Shown piece after piece: positions 1-8,390 of a stretch of DNA of 64,000 bases. Source of the stretch: Candidatus Peribacteraceae bacterium (lineage in GTDB: Bacteria > Patescibacteriota > Gracilibacteria > Peribacterales > Peribacteraceae); the NCBI GenBank assembly GCA_028703445.1, contig JAQVMW010000005.1:21666-85665 (forward strand), written 5' to 3'. The notes beneath the pieces are model-generated. The model did not search any database and was not told the origin of the DNA. It saw only the letters and a program-made list of their open reading frames with translations. A program made the translations under genes and the position numbers. Every line of letters begins with the position of its first letter. Positions within the stretch are counted from its first letter, which is position 1.

Positions 1-2402
1 TCACCGTAGAGGAGGCGCGCAAGATCGGAACGATGCTCAAGCGTGATCCCACGATTGTCGAGGCGACGATCTGGGGCATCCAGGGAAGCGAACACTGCAG
101 CTACAAATCGAGTCGGCGCTTTCTCAGAACATTCCCGACCGAAAGCTCGCATGTGATTCTGGGCCCGAAGGAAGATAGCGGCATCGTGGCCATCACCGAT
201 GCGCCTGCTGGCAAACGCTGGGGGCTCGTCATCTCCCACGAATCGCACAACCACCCCTCGCAAATCGTGCCCTTCGAGGGCGCTGCCACGGGCATCGGCG
301 GCGTCGTCCGCGACGTGGTGTGCATGGGCGCACGGGTGATCGGGGCATTGGACGCGCTTCGTCTGGGAGACCTGAAGACCGAGGAATCGCGCACCATCGC
401 CCGCGAAGTCGCCCGCGGCATCGCGGGGTACGGCAATCCTCTGGGCATCCCCAATCTCGGCGGCGATACGGTCTTCGATGCATCGTACAACAGCAACTGC
501 CTCGTGAACGCCATCGCAGTCGGCATCGTCCGCGAAGATGAAGTCATTCACAGCGAAGTGCCGCCTGAAGCGGGAACGGTCGGGTACGACATCATTCTGG
601 TGGGCAAGCCTACCGACCGCAGCGGCTTTGGCGGCGCCTCGTTCGCCAGCGCCTCGATGGAAGAGGAGAAGAAGGAGCAGAACGCGGGCGCCGTGCAGGA
701 GCCCAACCCCTTTCTGGAGCGTCACCTGCTCGCCTCCACGTACGCGCTCTTCGACTGGCTTGCGGCGAACAAGCACTTGGACAAAGTGAGCTTCAAGGAT
801 CTCGGAGCCGGCGGTGTGGTGTGCGCGAGCGTGGAGCAGGTCGCAGATCGGGGACTGGGAGCGGAAGTGGATTTGGGGGCCGTGCACACAGCGGTTGCAG
901 ATCTGCCGCCGGAAGTCATCGGCTGCGCCGAAACGCAAGAACGCTTCTGTTGGATCTGCCACCCCTCCCTCACGAACTTTATCCTGCATCACTACAACGA
1001 AATCTGGAACCTGCCCGAAGTGGCCGAGAACGCTCGCGCCAGCCGCATAGGCCGCGTAACCGTCGATCCCCTGTTTCGCCTCACGTATCGCGGGCAGATC
1101 GTCTGCAGCGCCAAGGCACTCGACATCACCTGCGGCCTCCAGTACAAGCGACCGACAAAACTCCCGCCTTCGACTCGAAAGGAACCCGTCATCACCTGCG
1201 CGGGAAACCGCGTGACCGTCGGGAACAAGACTTTCACTTTCGAGGAGATTTTCACGTCGATGCTTCGCCACCCCAACGCAGCCAGCGTCTCTCCTCTCAT
1301 CCGCCACTACGACAAAGACATCATCGGCAATACTGTCGTAGAGGCCGGCGAAGGCGACGCGGGAGTGATCGCTCCGTTGCAGGATCTTTCAAGTTACGTC
1401 CATGAGGGCACGCACCCGGGGTGGGAAGATCTACCGGAGAAGGACCGGAACGTTGGCGTCGCTCTGGCTGCGGACGGTAACGGTCGCTATGGCAGGATTT
1501 CCGCCTACTGGCAGGGCGCCAATGCAACCGTGGAATCCATGTGCAACGTGGCATCTGTCGGCGCCGCTCCCCGCGCGCTCACCGACTGTCTCAACTATGG
1601 GAATCCGGAGATCCCGGAGCAGCTCTCTGCCCTGGAAGAGGGCGTACGGGGCATCGCCGAGGTCGCCCGCGGGGTCGAAATGAACGGTGAACCGGTACCG
1701 ATCATTTCGGGGAACGTAAGCCTCTACAACGGCAAGCCCGACTTAAGCGCTATCGATCCCACGGCCATCGTCTGTTGCATCGGCGTTCTGCCCGATGCCA
1801 AGAAGGCCGTGACCATGCAGCTCAAAGAACCGGACTCCGTGCTCCTCTTCGTCGGCGAACGACGGGATGAGTGCGGCGGTTCCCTCTACTATGACGTGCT
1901 CGAGCAGCTGACTGCCTCACCGCGTGACGCGCTCCTCGGCGCAAATGTGCCGCAGCCGGACTTCTCCGCTATCGCAAAACAAATTCAACTGATCACAAAA
2001 GTTATTCAATCTGGCTCTGCCCGCTCGTGTCACGACGTGAGCGACGGCGGACTTGCGCTCGCCCTCTTCGAGATGACCCTCCCGCAGAGGAAATGCGGCG
2101 GATCCATCGGCGTCACCGTGGACATCGCCTCCTTCAGTTCGCCCCTGCGGGCGGACACCCTCCTCTTCAGCCAATCCGGTGGTTTCCTGCTCGAAGTTGG
2201 GAAAGACCACGTCAACGCAATCATGACCTTGGGTGAAAAATCCGGCGTCCCCATCACCCTACTGGGAACGGGAACCCCCTCCCCCCTCCTCACTATTAAG
2301 AATAAGGGAGAAACCATCCTTTCTGTGGATTTGCCTCAAATGCAGGATATCTGGAAAGGAGCACTGTCCGCGGCATGGTCTGAGCCAGCGAAACATAATT
2401 GA
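1..2402 (+). CDS. purL: phosphoribosylformylglycinamidine synthase subunit PurL (5' end outside window)
   Basis: Frame open from nt 3 (TVEEARKIGT precedes the listed Met). Motifs SEHCSYKSS, ESHNHPS and GAATGIGGVVRDV are typical of FGAM synthase II. Confidence 0.9.
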   Translation, partial: TVEEARKIGTMLKRDPTIVEATIWGIQGSEHCSYKSSRRFLRTFPTESSHVILGPKEDSGIVAITDAPAGKRWGLVISHESHNHPSQIVPFEGAATGIGGVVRDVVCMGARVIGALDALRLGDLKTEESRTIAREVARGIAGYGNPLGIPNLGGDTVFDASYNSNCLVNAIAVGIVREDEVIHSEVPPEAGTVGYDIILVGKPTDRSGFGGASFASASMEEEKKEQNAGAVQEPNPFLERHLLASTYALFDWLAANKHLDKVSFKDLGAGGVVCASVEQVADRGLGAEVDLGAVHTAVADLPPEVIGCAETQERFCWICHPSLTNFILHHYNEIWNLPEVAENARASRIGRVTVDPLFRLTYRGQIVCSAKALDITCGLQYKRPTKLPPSTRKEPVITCAGNRVTVGNKTFTFEEIFTSMLRHPNAASVSPLIRHYDKDIIGNTVVEAGEGDAGVIAPLQDLSSYVHEGTHPGWEDLPEKDRNVGVALAADGNGRYGRISAYWQGANATVESMCNVASVGAAPRALTDCLNYGNPEIPEQLSALEEGVRGIAEVARGVEMNGEPVPIISGNVSLYNGKPDLSAIDPTAIVCCIGVLPDAKKAVTMQLKEPDSVLLFVGERRDECGGSLYYDVLEQLTASPRDALLGANVPQPDFSAIAKQIQLITKVIQSGSARSCHDVSDGGLALALFEMTLPQRKCGGSIGVTVDIASFSSPLRADTLLFSQSGGFLLEVGKDHVNAIMTLGEKSGVPITLLGTGTPSPLLTIKNKGETILSVDLPQMQDIWKGALSAAWSEPAKHN

Positions 2403-2476
2403 CATATCACACTATTACTGGTTTAATACTCCCCTTTTGTCCTGTCAGGACGGAGGATTTCTTTCCCCCACGCGCC

Positions 2477-3625
2477 ATGACGTTCTCTCTGCGCACAACT
2501 CTCTCCAGCGCCGCTGTATCACTGCTCTTCCTCATCGCTGCTCAGGCACATGCGGCCGGCTCGGTGACGATCACCCAGCAGAGTCCCATCGGGATGTTCG
2601 GTAATTACACCATCACCTTCCCCTTAGGCTCCCAGATCACCATCAATGAGCAGGAACGCAAGGAACTGCCATCCGCCGAGATCGGTACGTACCTCCTGCA
2701 CCTCACGCCTCCCTCCGATGCCAAGATGACGACCACTGTCACAAAGAACGGCGTGGACCTCATCGCCACCGTGGACCGAGACATAAGTTTCACGGTTGCG
2801 GATTTGGACGAAATCGCGGTCATCATCAAGTACCGCTACGACGGAACCGTCGTGGTGGACTCTGACCCACAGGACGTTTCGTTCGAACTCCTCGGACCCA
2901 ATGACCTGCGCGATACGGGAATCACACCCGCCACCTACACCAGCATGGCTCCCGGTGCGTACCGCGTCACATTCCACAAGCGCGAGGGATGCAACTTGGT
3001 TTCGCCGATCCAACGCACGCTCAATGCCAATAGTTCACTCACGTTCACGGGTAAATTCACCTGCGGCGTGGCGTCTTCTTCCTCTTCTGCTTCTTCCGTA
3101 GAATCCGAGGAACCCGTGGCGGACATCAACGATGGACGCACCGTTCGCATCTGGGTGGCCGCGCACCAGGCAGAAGCGCTGGCCGGAGGCACGGTGCGCG
3201 CAACGATCACGGTCAAGAACACGGGTGCGCGTACCATCCATGCTGTGGTGGTCTCCGCACAGATCGATCCCGCATCCGCCCAGTTTGTAGCGCCACTCCC
3301 GCGCTTCGGGACGGTGACCGGCGAAACGGCCTTCTGGGAAATCCCGCAGATCTACTCGGGCAAAACATGGTCTGTCACAGTACCGCTCACGCTGAGTGAA
3401 ACCTCAAAACAGGGTGATCAATCAACCCTGACAGCCCGCGTATCGGCGAGTGATCTTGCCGAGGGCAACGCCGGGGCATCCCTCGTCGCCACGACAACCA
3501 TCGGCGTGACAGGTCTTCCGGTCACGGGACTGAGATTCGACATCCTCTTCCTGATCGCAAGCCTTGTCTCCACCGCTTTCTTCGCCAAGAAAACCGTCCG
3601 ACGCATGGTCGAGCAGAGAGCCTGA
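2477..3625 (+). CDS. LPXTG-type wall-anchored surface protein (PEGA-like plus DUF11/CARDB-like region)
   Basis: ATG at 2477 gives signal peptide MTFSLRTTLSSAAVSLLFLIAAQAHA. The C-terminus has LPVTG (3515-3529), a hydrophobic stretch, then KKTVRR. The N-terminal module is paralogous to the next ORF. Confidence 0.75.
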   Translation: MTFSLRTTLSSAAVSLLFLIAAQAHAAGSVTITQQSPIGMFGNYTITFPLGSQITINEQERKELPSAEIGTYLLHLTPPSDAKMTTTVTKNGVDLIATVDRDISFTVADLDEIAVIIKYRYDGTVVVDSDPQDVSFELLGPNDLRDTGITPATYTSMAPGAYRVTFHKREGCNLVSPIQRTLNANSSLTFTGKFTCGVASSSSSASSVESEEPVADINDGRTVRIWVAAHQAEALAGGTVRATITVKNTGARTIHAVVVSAQIDPASAQFVAPLPRFGTVTGETAFWEIPQIYSGKTWSVTVPLTLSETSKQGDQSTLTARVSASDLAEGNAGASLVATTTIGVTGLPVTGLRFDILFLIASLVSTAFFAKKTVRRMVEQRA

Positions 3626-3773
3626 AGAGAATTTCTACTGCATCAGACAGGGCGTTCCCTCAACAATAGGGGCGTCCTGTTTCGTTATGGGCGGCACCAT
3701 GAAGCGAGACGGCGTCCATTGCACACGATGCTGTGCATGCGCAACACTGTAGTGTTCCTCCCTCCTCAAACCT

Positions 3774-5045
3774 ATGACGATCAGACGCGTCTCGCTCCTC
3801 CTCGTCGTGCTGCTTGGATGCGGCACCTTCCCGTTCCCGGCTGTCACGCAGAGCGGAAGCAGCATCACCGTTACGCAAACGCCACTCGATGGATTCCCCT
3901 CCCTTTTTGGGAACTGGGTCCTGCTCAAACCCGACGGCACGAGCACCGAAACGAACGTTGCCACACACAGCTACGATGCCCCTCCGGTAGGCAACTACCT
4001 GCTCAACGTGATGCCGCCCTCGGGCATGGCAGCGACCGTCACGCTCACCCTCAACGGAGAGACCGTCATCATCGACAAGCCGCAAGCCGCCTTCCAGTTG
4101 AATGAAGGGAACACCGTTCTCCTCAACATTCACTACACCCTGACTCTGTTTGGCAAAGTGAGCGTCGATACCTCTCCTCCGGGATTCCCCTTTACGCTCT
4201 CCGGTCCGGATGGCGCGGTCTACACTGGCGTGACACCGGGGTTCTACGACCCCATGCCCGTCGGTCTCTACTCCGTGACCCTCGATCCCATTCCGGGATG
4301 CAACACGCCCGGTCCCCAATCGGGACGCCTGATCAAAGACGGACGCGTCGTCCTGTCGACGGAAATCGTCTGCGACAATCTTCCGGAGCAACAGCAGAAT
4401 GAGGATCAAGCGAGTAAATTTGTGAAAGCCACCATTGACGGAAAATCAGTCCTTTTCACGGATGTCCCGACCGGACAGTGGTTCACCGCATCCGTCCGAC
4501 GCGTGTTGGATGCCAAAGTGATGTCCGGCTACCGGAATGCGGACGGAAATCCCACGGGAAAGTTCGGCCCCAATGATCCCGTCACGCTGGCCGAACTCGC
4601 CAAGATCGCCCACCGGCTTGCGAGCATCGACGAAACCCACGTCACAAATCCTCCGGAGAATGACCAGGCAAAAGGAACATGGTTCGCACCCTTCTTCGCA
4701 TCCGCCGAAAACCTGGGCTGGCTGGTCTACCTGAACCGGTCGGTCGATCCCCTGCGCCCCGCCACCCGCGCCGAAGTCGTGGCTACGTTCCTGCAGGTCC
4801 TCAACGTGAAGCGGGACTGGCCGACCGGCGCTATGTTCGACGACGTCTCCCGCTCTATCCCCTACGCAGACTGCATCGAGACCGCTGCGACCCACAGCCT
4901 TGTGAGCGGCTACACCGACGATAAAGGGAATTTGACAGGCCTCTTCGGTCCGGCGGATCCCGTCAATCGCGCATCCATGGCCAAGATGATCGCAACGGCC
5001 ATGGAACTGTATCTGGAAAATACGGCGTCGTTTCAGCCGGAATAA
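3774..5045 (+). CDS. SLH-domain surface (S-layer-type) protein
   Basis: Signal peptide present. C-terminal SLH-like repeats (FTDVPTGQWF...SGYRNADGNPTGKFGPNDPVTLAELAKI; FDDVSRSIPY...SGYTDDKGNLTGLFGPADPVNRASMAKM), about 4454-5010. Confidence 0.8.
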   Translation: MTIRRVSLLLVVLLGCGTFPFPAVTQSGSSITVTQTPLDGFPSLFGNWVLLKPDGTSTETNVATHSYDAPPVGNYLLNVMPPSGMAATVTLTLNGETVIIDKPQAAFQLNEGNTVLLNIHYTLTLFGKVSVDTSPPGFPFTLSGPDGAVYTGVTPGFYDPMPVGLYSVTLDPIPGCNTPGPQSGRLIKDGRVVLSTEIVCDNLPEQQQNEDQASKFVKATIDGKSVLFTDVPTGQWFTASVRRVLDAKVMSGYRNADGNPTGKFGPNDPVTLAELAKIAHRLASIDETHVTNPPENDQAKGTWFAPFFASAENLGWLVYLNRSVDPLRPATRAEVVATFLQVLNVKRDWPTGAMFDDVSRSIPYADCIETAATHSLVSGYTDDKGNLTGLFGPADPVNRASMAKMIATAMELYLENTASFQPE

Positions 5046-5194
5046 GGCATGAGAGACAAACCTGCGGTTTTTCTCTCATGAGCTCTCTTTTCCCTCAACG
5101 GTGTGGCTCCAGGCGGGCAAAGCCCGTCTTCGCCACGGATTATTTATGTCGCTTCACGACACAGAGATCCACCACAACTTCGCGATGGATTATT

Positions 5195-5833
5195 TTAAGA
5201 TTTCAATCTCTCTCTTTCTAACCAGAAGGTGAGCAACGAAAGAAATCTCTTCCGTAGTTCTTGCGTTTCTTGAGGCAGAGAAGCAATCAATGCTTTCTTA
5301 TGGCTCTCCACATCCACCTCTGCGGGAAACACTTGCAGAGCGCGGATGGGAAGTTTCATGTCATTCTGCCCATCCCACTGAAGCGACGGAAAACCCAAAC
5401 GAACGAGGGGCGCATCGAAAACGGCATCGACTGTGATCCATTCCCCACTGATGTTCACTTTCAGAAAATCGTGGAAATCGGTAATGGTCTTCCCTCGAAA
5501 CTCCGCAAGGACTTGGGGCCAAGGATGAATCGGAAACTGACTAAAATCATGCTCGGCAAACCAACTCTGCACTTCATAGCCCAGACTCTCGAAAAACATC
5601 TTCAGAAGAGCATGTTTACCGCTACATGTTCCTTTTCGAGCCAAAAAAACATCCTCGGCACTCCTTGATCCGATATTTCCATACGCAATATCCCGGACGA
5701 ACTCATACGCGGCTTTGCGTCCCTGCCCATCCGGCAACGCCAGGAAACGGTGAAGAATCTCCTGAAACTGAACCGAAGCATCGAAAGGCTGATGCACTCC
5801 CATACACAGAACACGATAGCCTGATGACTCCAT
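5195..5833 (-). CDS. transglutaminase-like (Cys-His-Asp fold) protein
   Basis: KGTCSGKHALL Cys motif followed by FHDFLKV and VDAVFD, consistent with a transglutaminase-like core. Confidence 0.5.
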   Translation of the reverse strand: MESSGYRVLCMGVHQPFDASVQFQEILHRFLALPDGQGRKAAYEFVRDIAYGNIGSRSAEDVFLARKGTCSGKHALLKMFFESLGYEVQSWFAEHDFSQFPIHPWPQVLAEFRGKTITDFHDFLKVNISGEWITVDAVFDAPLVRLGFPSLQWDGQNDMKLPIRALQVFPAEVDVESHKKALIASLPQETQELRKRFLSLLTFWLERERLKS

Positions 5834-5845
5834 TCCAGAAAGAGA

Positions 5846-5880
5846 CCCCTACACCCTATTCCTAACCCTAACCCTATTCG
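5846..5880. repeat. CCCTA(A/C)-type run (telomere-like; G4 motif on minus strand)
   Basis: cccctacaccctattcctaaccctaaccctattc lies between the murC stop and the next gene start. C3+ tracts at 5846-49, 5854-56, 5866-68 and 5872-74. Confidence 0.8.
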
Positions 5881-7190
5881 TTCACCATCCTCCCCGCCAG
5901 CTTCGTCACGTTGCCCGCTCCGAGGATGAGCAAGACGTCCTGGGATTTAAGGATCTCTTCGCGGAGCAGACGTTCCGTTTCCAAAAGAGACTTGCCATCG
6001 ATTGCCTGCACCCGGCTCCCCCGCCCGATGTCCCGGACAAACGCAGAGATGTCCACCAATCCGCTCTCGCGATCGGGCCTGGCATCGTAGATATTCGGGA
6101 TGATCACGACCGAAGAACCTGTGAATGCCTGCGTGAACGCTTCATAGAGTTTATGCGTGCGATCGTGCGTGTGCGGCTGGAACACCACCACGAGCCGTCT
6201 GCCGGGGTAGGCTCCGAGAATGGCCTGCACGGTCGCGCGGATCTCGACGGGATGGTGCCCGTAATCATCGATCACCGTCACACCTGATGTGGTCTCGCCC
6301 TTCACTTCCATGCGACGCCATGAGCCCGCGTAGCCGGAGAGTGAGATGAGTGTCTGCGCCTGATCGACGTTGAATTCCTCGGCGAGTGCAAGAACGAGTT
6401 GCGCGTTCTGCTGCATGTGCACGCCGGGGGTGGCAAGTGCCGGAAGAGGAAATGCATCGGCATCGATCACTGTTCGCCCGCCGCGCTCCGCTATCGACGC
6501 GCAGACGGGATCTTTGCCATGCGTGATGACGAGACCATCCGGCGGCAGTCGCTTCACGAAGTCGACAAAAGCCTGTTCGTAATCCTCCTGCGACCGGTAA
6601 TAGTCGAAGTGGTCGCCATCCGCGTTCGTGAGGAGAATGACTTCGGGAGAGAGAAAATGGAAGGACCGACGGTACTCGCATGCCTCCACGACGAAGAGTT
6701 GGCTCCCTCCTTTCCTCCAATTGCGGCCATTCATCTCACGCATCTTCGTGCCCACGATCACGCTGGGATCAAGCCCTGCATCGATCAGCACGCGCGCCGT
6801 CATGGCAGTCGTGGAGGATTTGCCATGCGTTCCGCAAACGGCAATCACCCGAAAATCACGGGCCTGCCCGTCCGTAGCTCCAGAGGAGCGAAGGCGGGTG
6901 AGCTCCCCGAGCGCCTGAAAGTACGACTGCTGCGGAATCGAGAGCTCTGCCGCCCGCACACGCTCAGGACTCGTCTCGGGAATCGCCTCGGAGTAGACGA
7001 AGAGATCGACATCCTCGGGAATGTGCGACCCGTCCTGTTTGAGGAAAACCTCGATTCCCTGCCCTTGAAGATCGCGCACGATATCGGTTTCCGCCCGGTC
7101 ACTGCCGAGTACGTGATGTCCCTGGCTCGCACGGTACGAGGCGTAGGCCGAGAGACCGATGCCGCCGATGCCGCTGCAGTAAATCTTCAT
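5874..7190 (-). CDS. murC: UDP-N-acetylmuramate--L-alanine ligase
   Basis: GIGGIGLSAYA N-terminus and the GTHGKSSTTAM P-loop of Mur ligases. Length 438 aa. Confidence 0.9.
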   Translation of the reverse strand: MKIYCSGIGGIGLSAYASYRASQGHHVLGSDRAETDIVRDLQGQGIEVFLKQDGSHIPEDVDLFVYSEAIPETSPERVRAAELSIPQQSYFQALGELTRLRSSGATDGQARDFRVIAVCGTHGKSSTTAMTARVLIDAGLDPSVIVGTKMREMNGRNWRKGGSQLFVVEACEYRRSFHFLSPEVILLTNADGDHFDYYRSQEDYEQAFVDFVKRLPPDGLVITHGKDPVCASIAERGGRTVIDADAFPLPALATPGVHMQQNAQLVLALAEEFNVDQAQTLISLSGYAGSWRRMEVKGETTSGVTVIDDYGHHPVEIRATVQAILGAYPGRRLVVVFQPHTHDRTHKLYEAFTQAFTGSSVVIIPNIYDARPDRESGLVDISAFVRDIGRGSRVQAIDGKSLLETERLLREEILKSQDVLLILGAGNVTKLAGRMVNE

Positions 7191-7217
7191 CAGTACACAG
7201 TATAGATGTCTCGCTCA

Positions 7218-7345
7218 GGAAACAGAGGAAATAGAAGAAATAAAGGAGACAAAGGAAATAGAAGAACCATGAACTTCTCACCTTTTTCTTTTCTTTCCTC
7301 TATTTCCTTTACTTCCTCTGCGTCCTTTATTTCTTCTCCTTCCTT
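7218..7345. repeat. low-complexity purine/pyrimidine inverted repeat (long hairpin)
   Basis: 7233-7247 agaagaaataaagga pairs with 7323-7337 tcctttatttcttct. 7251-7262 aaaggaaataga pairs with 7299-7310 tctatttccttt. It sits in the divergent murC/ftsB-like spacer. Confidence 0.85.
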
Positions 7346-7366
7346 AAACCGGTAAGCTACGCATCC

Positions 7367-7813
7367 GTGGCCTACCAGCATATCGAACCGATCAGTAAAC
7401 AACTCACGATTATCGTGGGTCTCACGGTCGTGGGGTTCATGGCGTTCGGGCTCGCGCTCTCCTTCTACCGCAACGTGCTCTTCGAACAGACGCTCTTAGA
7501 CATCAGTAACCAGAATACCGCCCTGCGCCGCAGTATCGCTGCAGGTTATAAGGAACTGGACTACTACCGTTCCGTTCAGTTCAAAGACAAGTACGCAAAA
7601 GAGAACATGAGTATGGTGAAACCGGGCGAGAAAGTCCTCATCATCACCGAGCAGCAGCGTCCCCTGGACGAAACGGAAGTCGAACAGGGAACGTACTCCG
7701 AAGAGCGCGAAGCCGCGTATCTGGAGCTCCTCCGGCAGATGCCGGTCTTCGAACACTGGAAACTCTACTTCTTCCACCGCGACCGGATCGAGGAGTTGAA
7801 GAGAGCACTTTAA
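7367..7813 (+). CDS. FtsB/DivIC-like septum formation initiator
   Basis: GTG start. One N-terminal TM helix, then a coiled coil and the ...FKDKYAKENMSMVKPGEKVLII pattern typical of this family. Confidence 0.6.
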   Translation: MAYQHIEPISKQLTIIVGLTVVGFMAFGLALSFYRNVLFEQTLLDISNQNTALRRSIAAGYKELDYYRSVQFKDKYAKENMSMVKPGEKVLIITEQQRPLDETEVEQGTYSEEREAAYLELLRQMPVFEHWKLYFFHRDRIEELKRAL

Positions 7814-7846
7814 AAAAACCGACGCGTTCATCCCAACGCGGATGCA

Positions 7847-8131
7847 TCATGCTTTCATCGCGTCCACGTGGACCATGGTGCACTGCTCGCGCTTGCCGCT
7901 GAACTTCGTAACGCGCTTCTCCGAAAAGCGAACCTGGCCGTTAATTGAGGCATGAATCGTCCAATCCTTGCCCATATGCGTATTGATGCCGGGACGGTAC
8001 CAGAATCCTTTCTGACGAATGAGCACCTCGCCTGCGGAAACCACCTGCCCGCCGGAACGCTTCACGCCGCGGCGCTTTGCAACGCTGTCTCTGCCGTTAC
8101 TGGTGGAGCCTCCTGCTTTCTTATGTGCCAT
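7847..8131 (-). CDS. rpmA: 50S ribosomal protein L27
   Basis: MAHKKAGGSTSNGRDSVAKRRGVK... is a canonical L27 sequence. Confidence 0.95.
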   Translation of the reverse strand: MAHKKAGGSTSNGRDSVAKRRGVKRSGGQVVSAGEVLIRQKGFWYRPGINTHMGKDWTIHASINGQVRFSEKRVTKFSGKREQCTMVHVDAMKA

Positions 8132-8200
8132 AGCGGAGGGATTCTACGCATTTTCCCCTTCCGTGCAAGGAAATACTCAGGCAGAATAGACGTGGTTTCG

Positions 8201-8278
<78 letters not shown>

Positions 8279-8390
8279 TTCGACTCGTTCCTCGTTGCTT
8301 CGCAACTCGGAACTCGCTCATGGTAAACCGCCCTCTCCGAAACGAGTCGAATGACTCTGAGCGAACGAGCGGAGCGAGTGAGTCGAAGAG
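8279..8390 (+). repeat. conserved tRNA 3'-trailer element (copy 1)
   Basis: ttcgactcg (8279-8287) abuts the CCA and pairs with cgagtcgaa (8343-8351). Blocks ctcgctcatgg and cgagtcgaatgacNNtgagcgaa are shared with the tRNA-Val trailer. Confidence 0.75.

Noticed and set aside
5861-5875. CCTAACCCTAACCCT as a real telomere or linear-replicon end.
   Set aside because: Only about two units are present, they are embedded between ordinary genes in the middle of the contig, and similar degenerate words occur at several internal spacers.
6399-7205. Long antisense ORFs opposite well-supported genes: 6399-7205, 12017-12856, 21829-23040, 34274-35410, 36487-37293, 37709-38680, 44705-46024, 47144-48202, 50105-50995, 57859-58728.
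   Set aside because: These are typical stop-poor shadow frames of GC-rich coding DNA. Each lies fully opposite a gene with clear family motifs or a better-supported ORF, and the products are Arg/Pro/Gly-rich low-complexity sequence.
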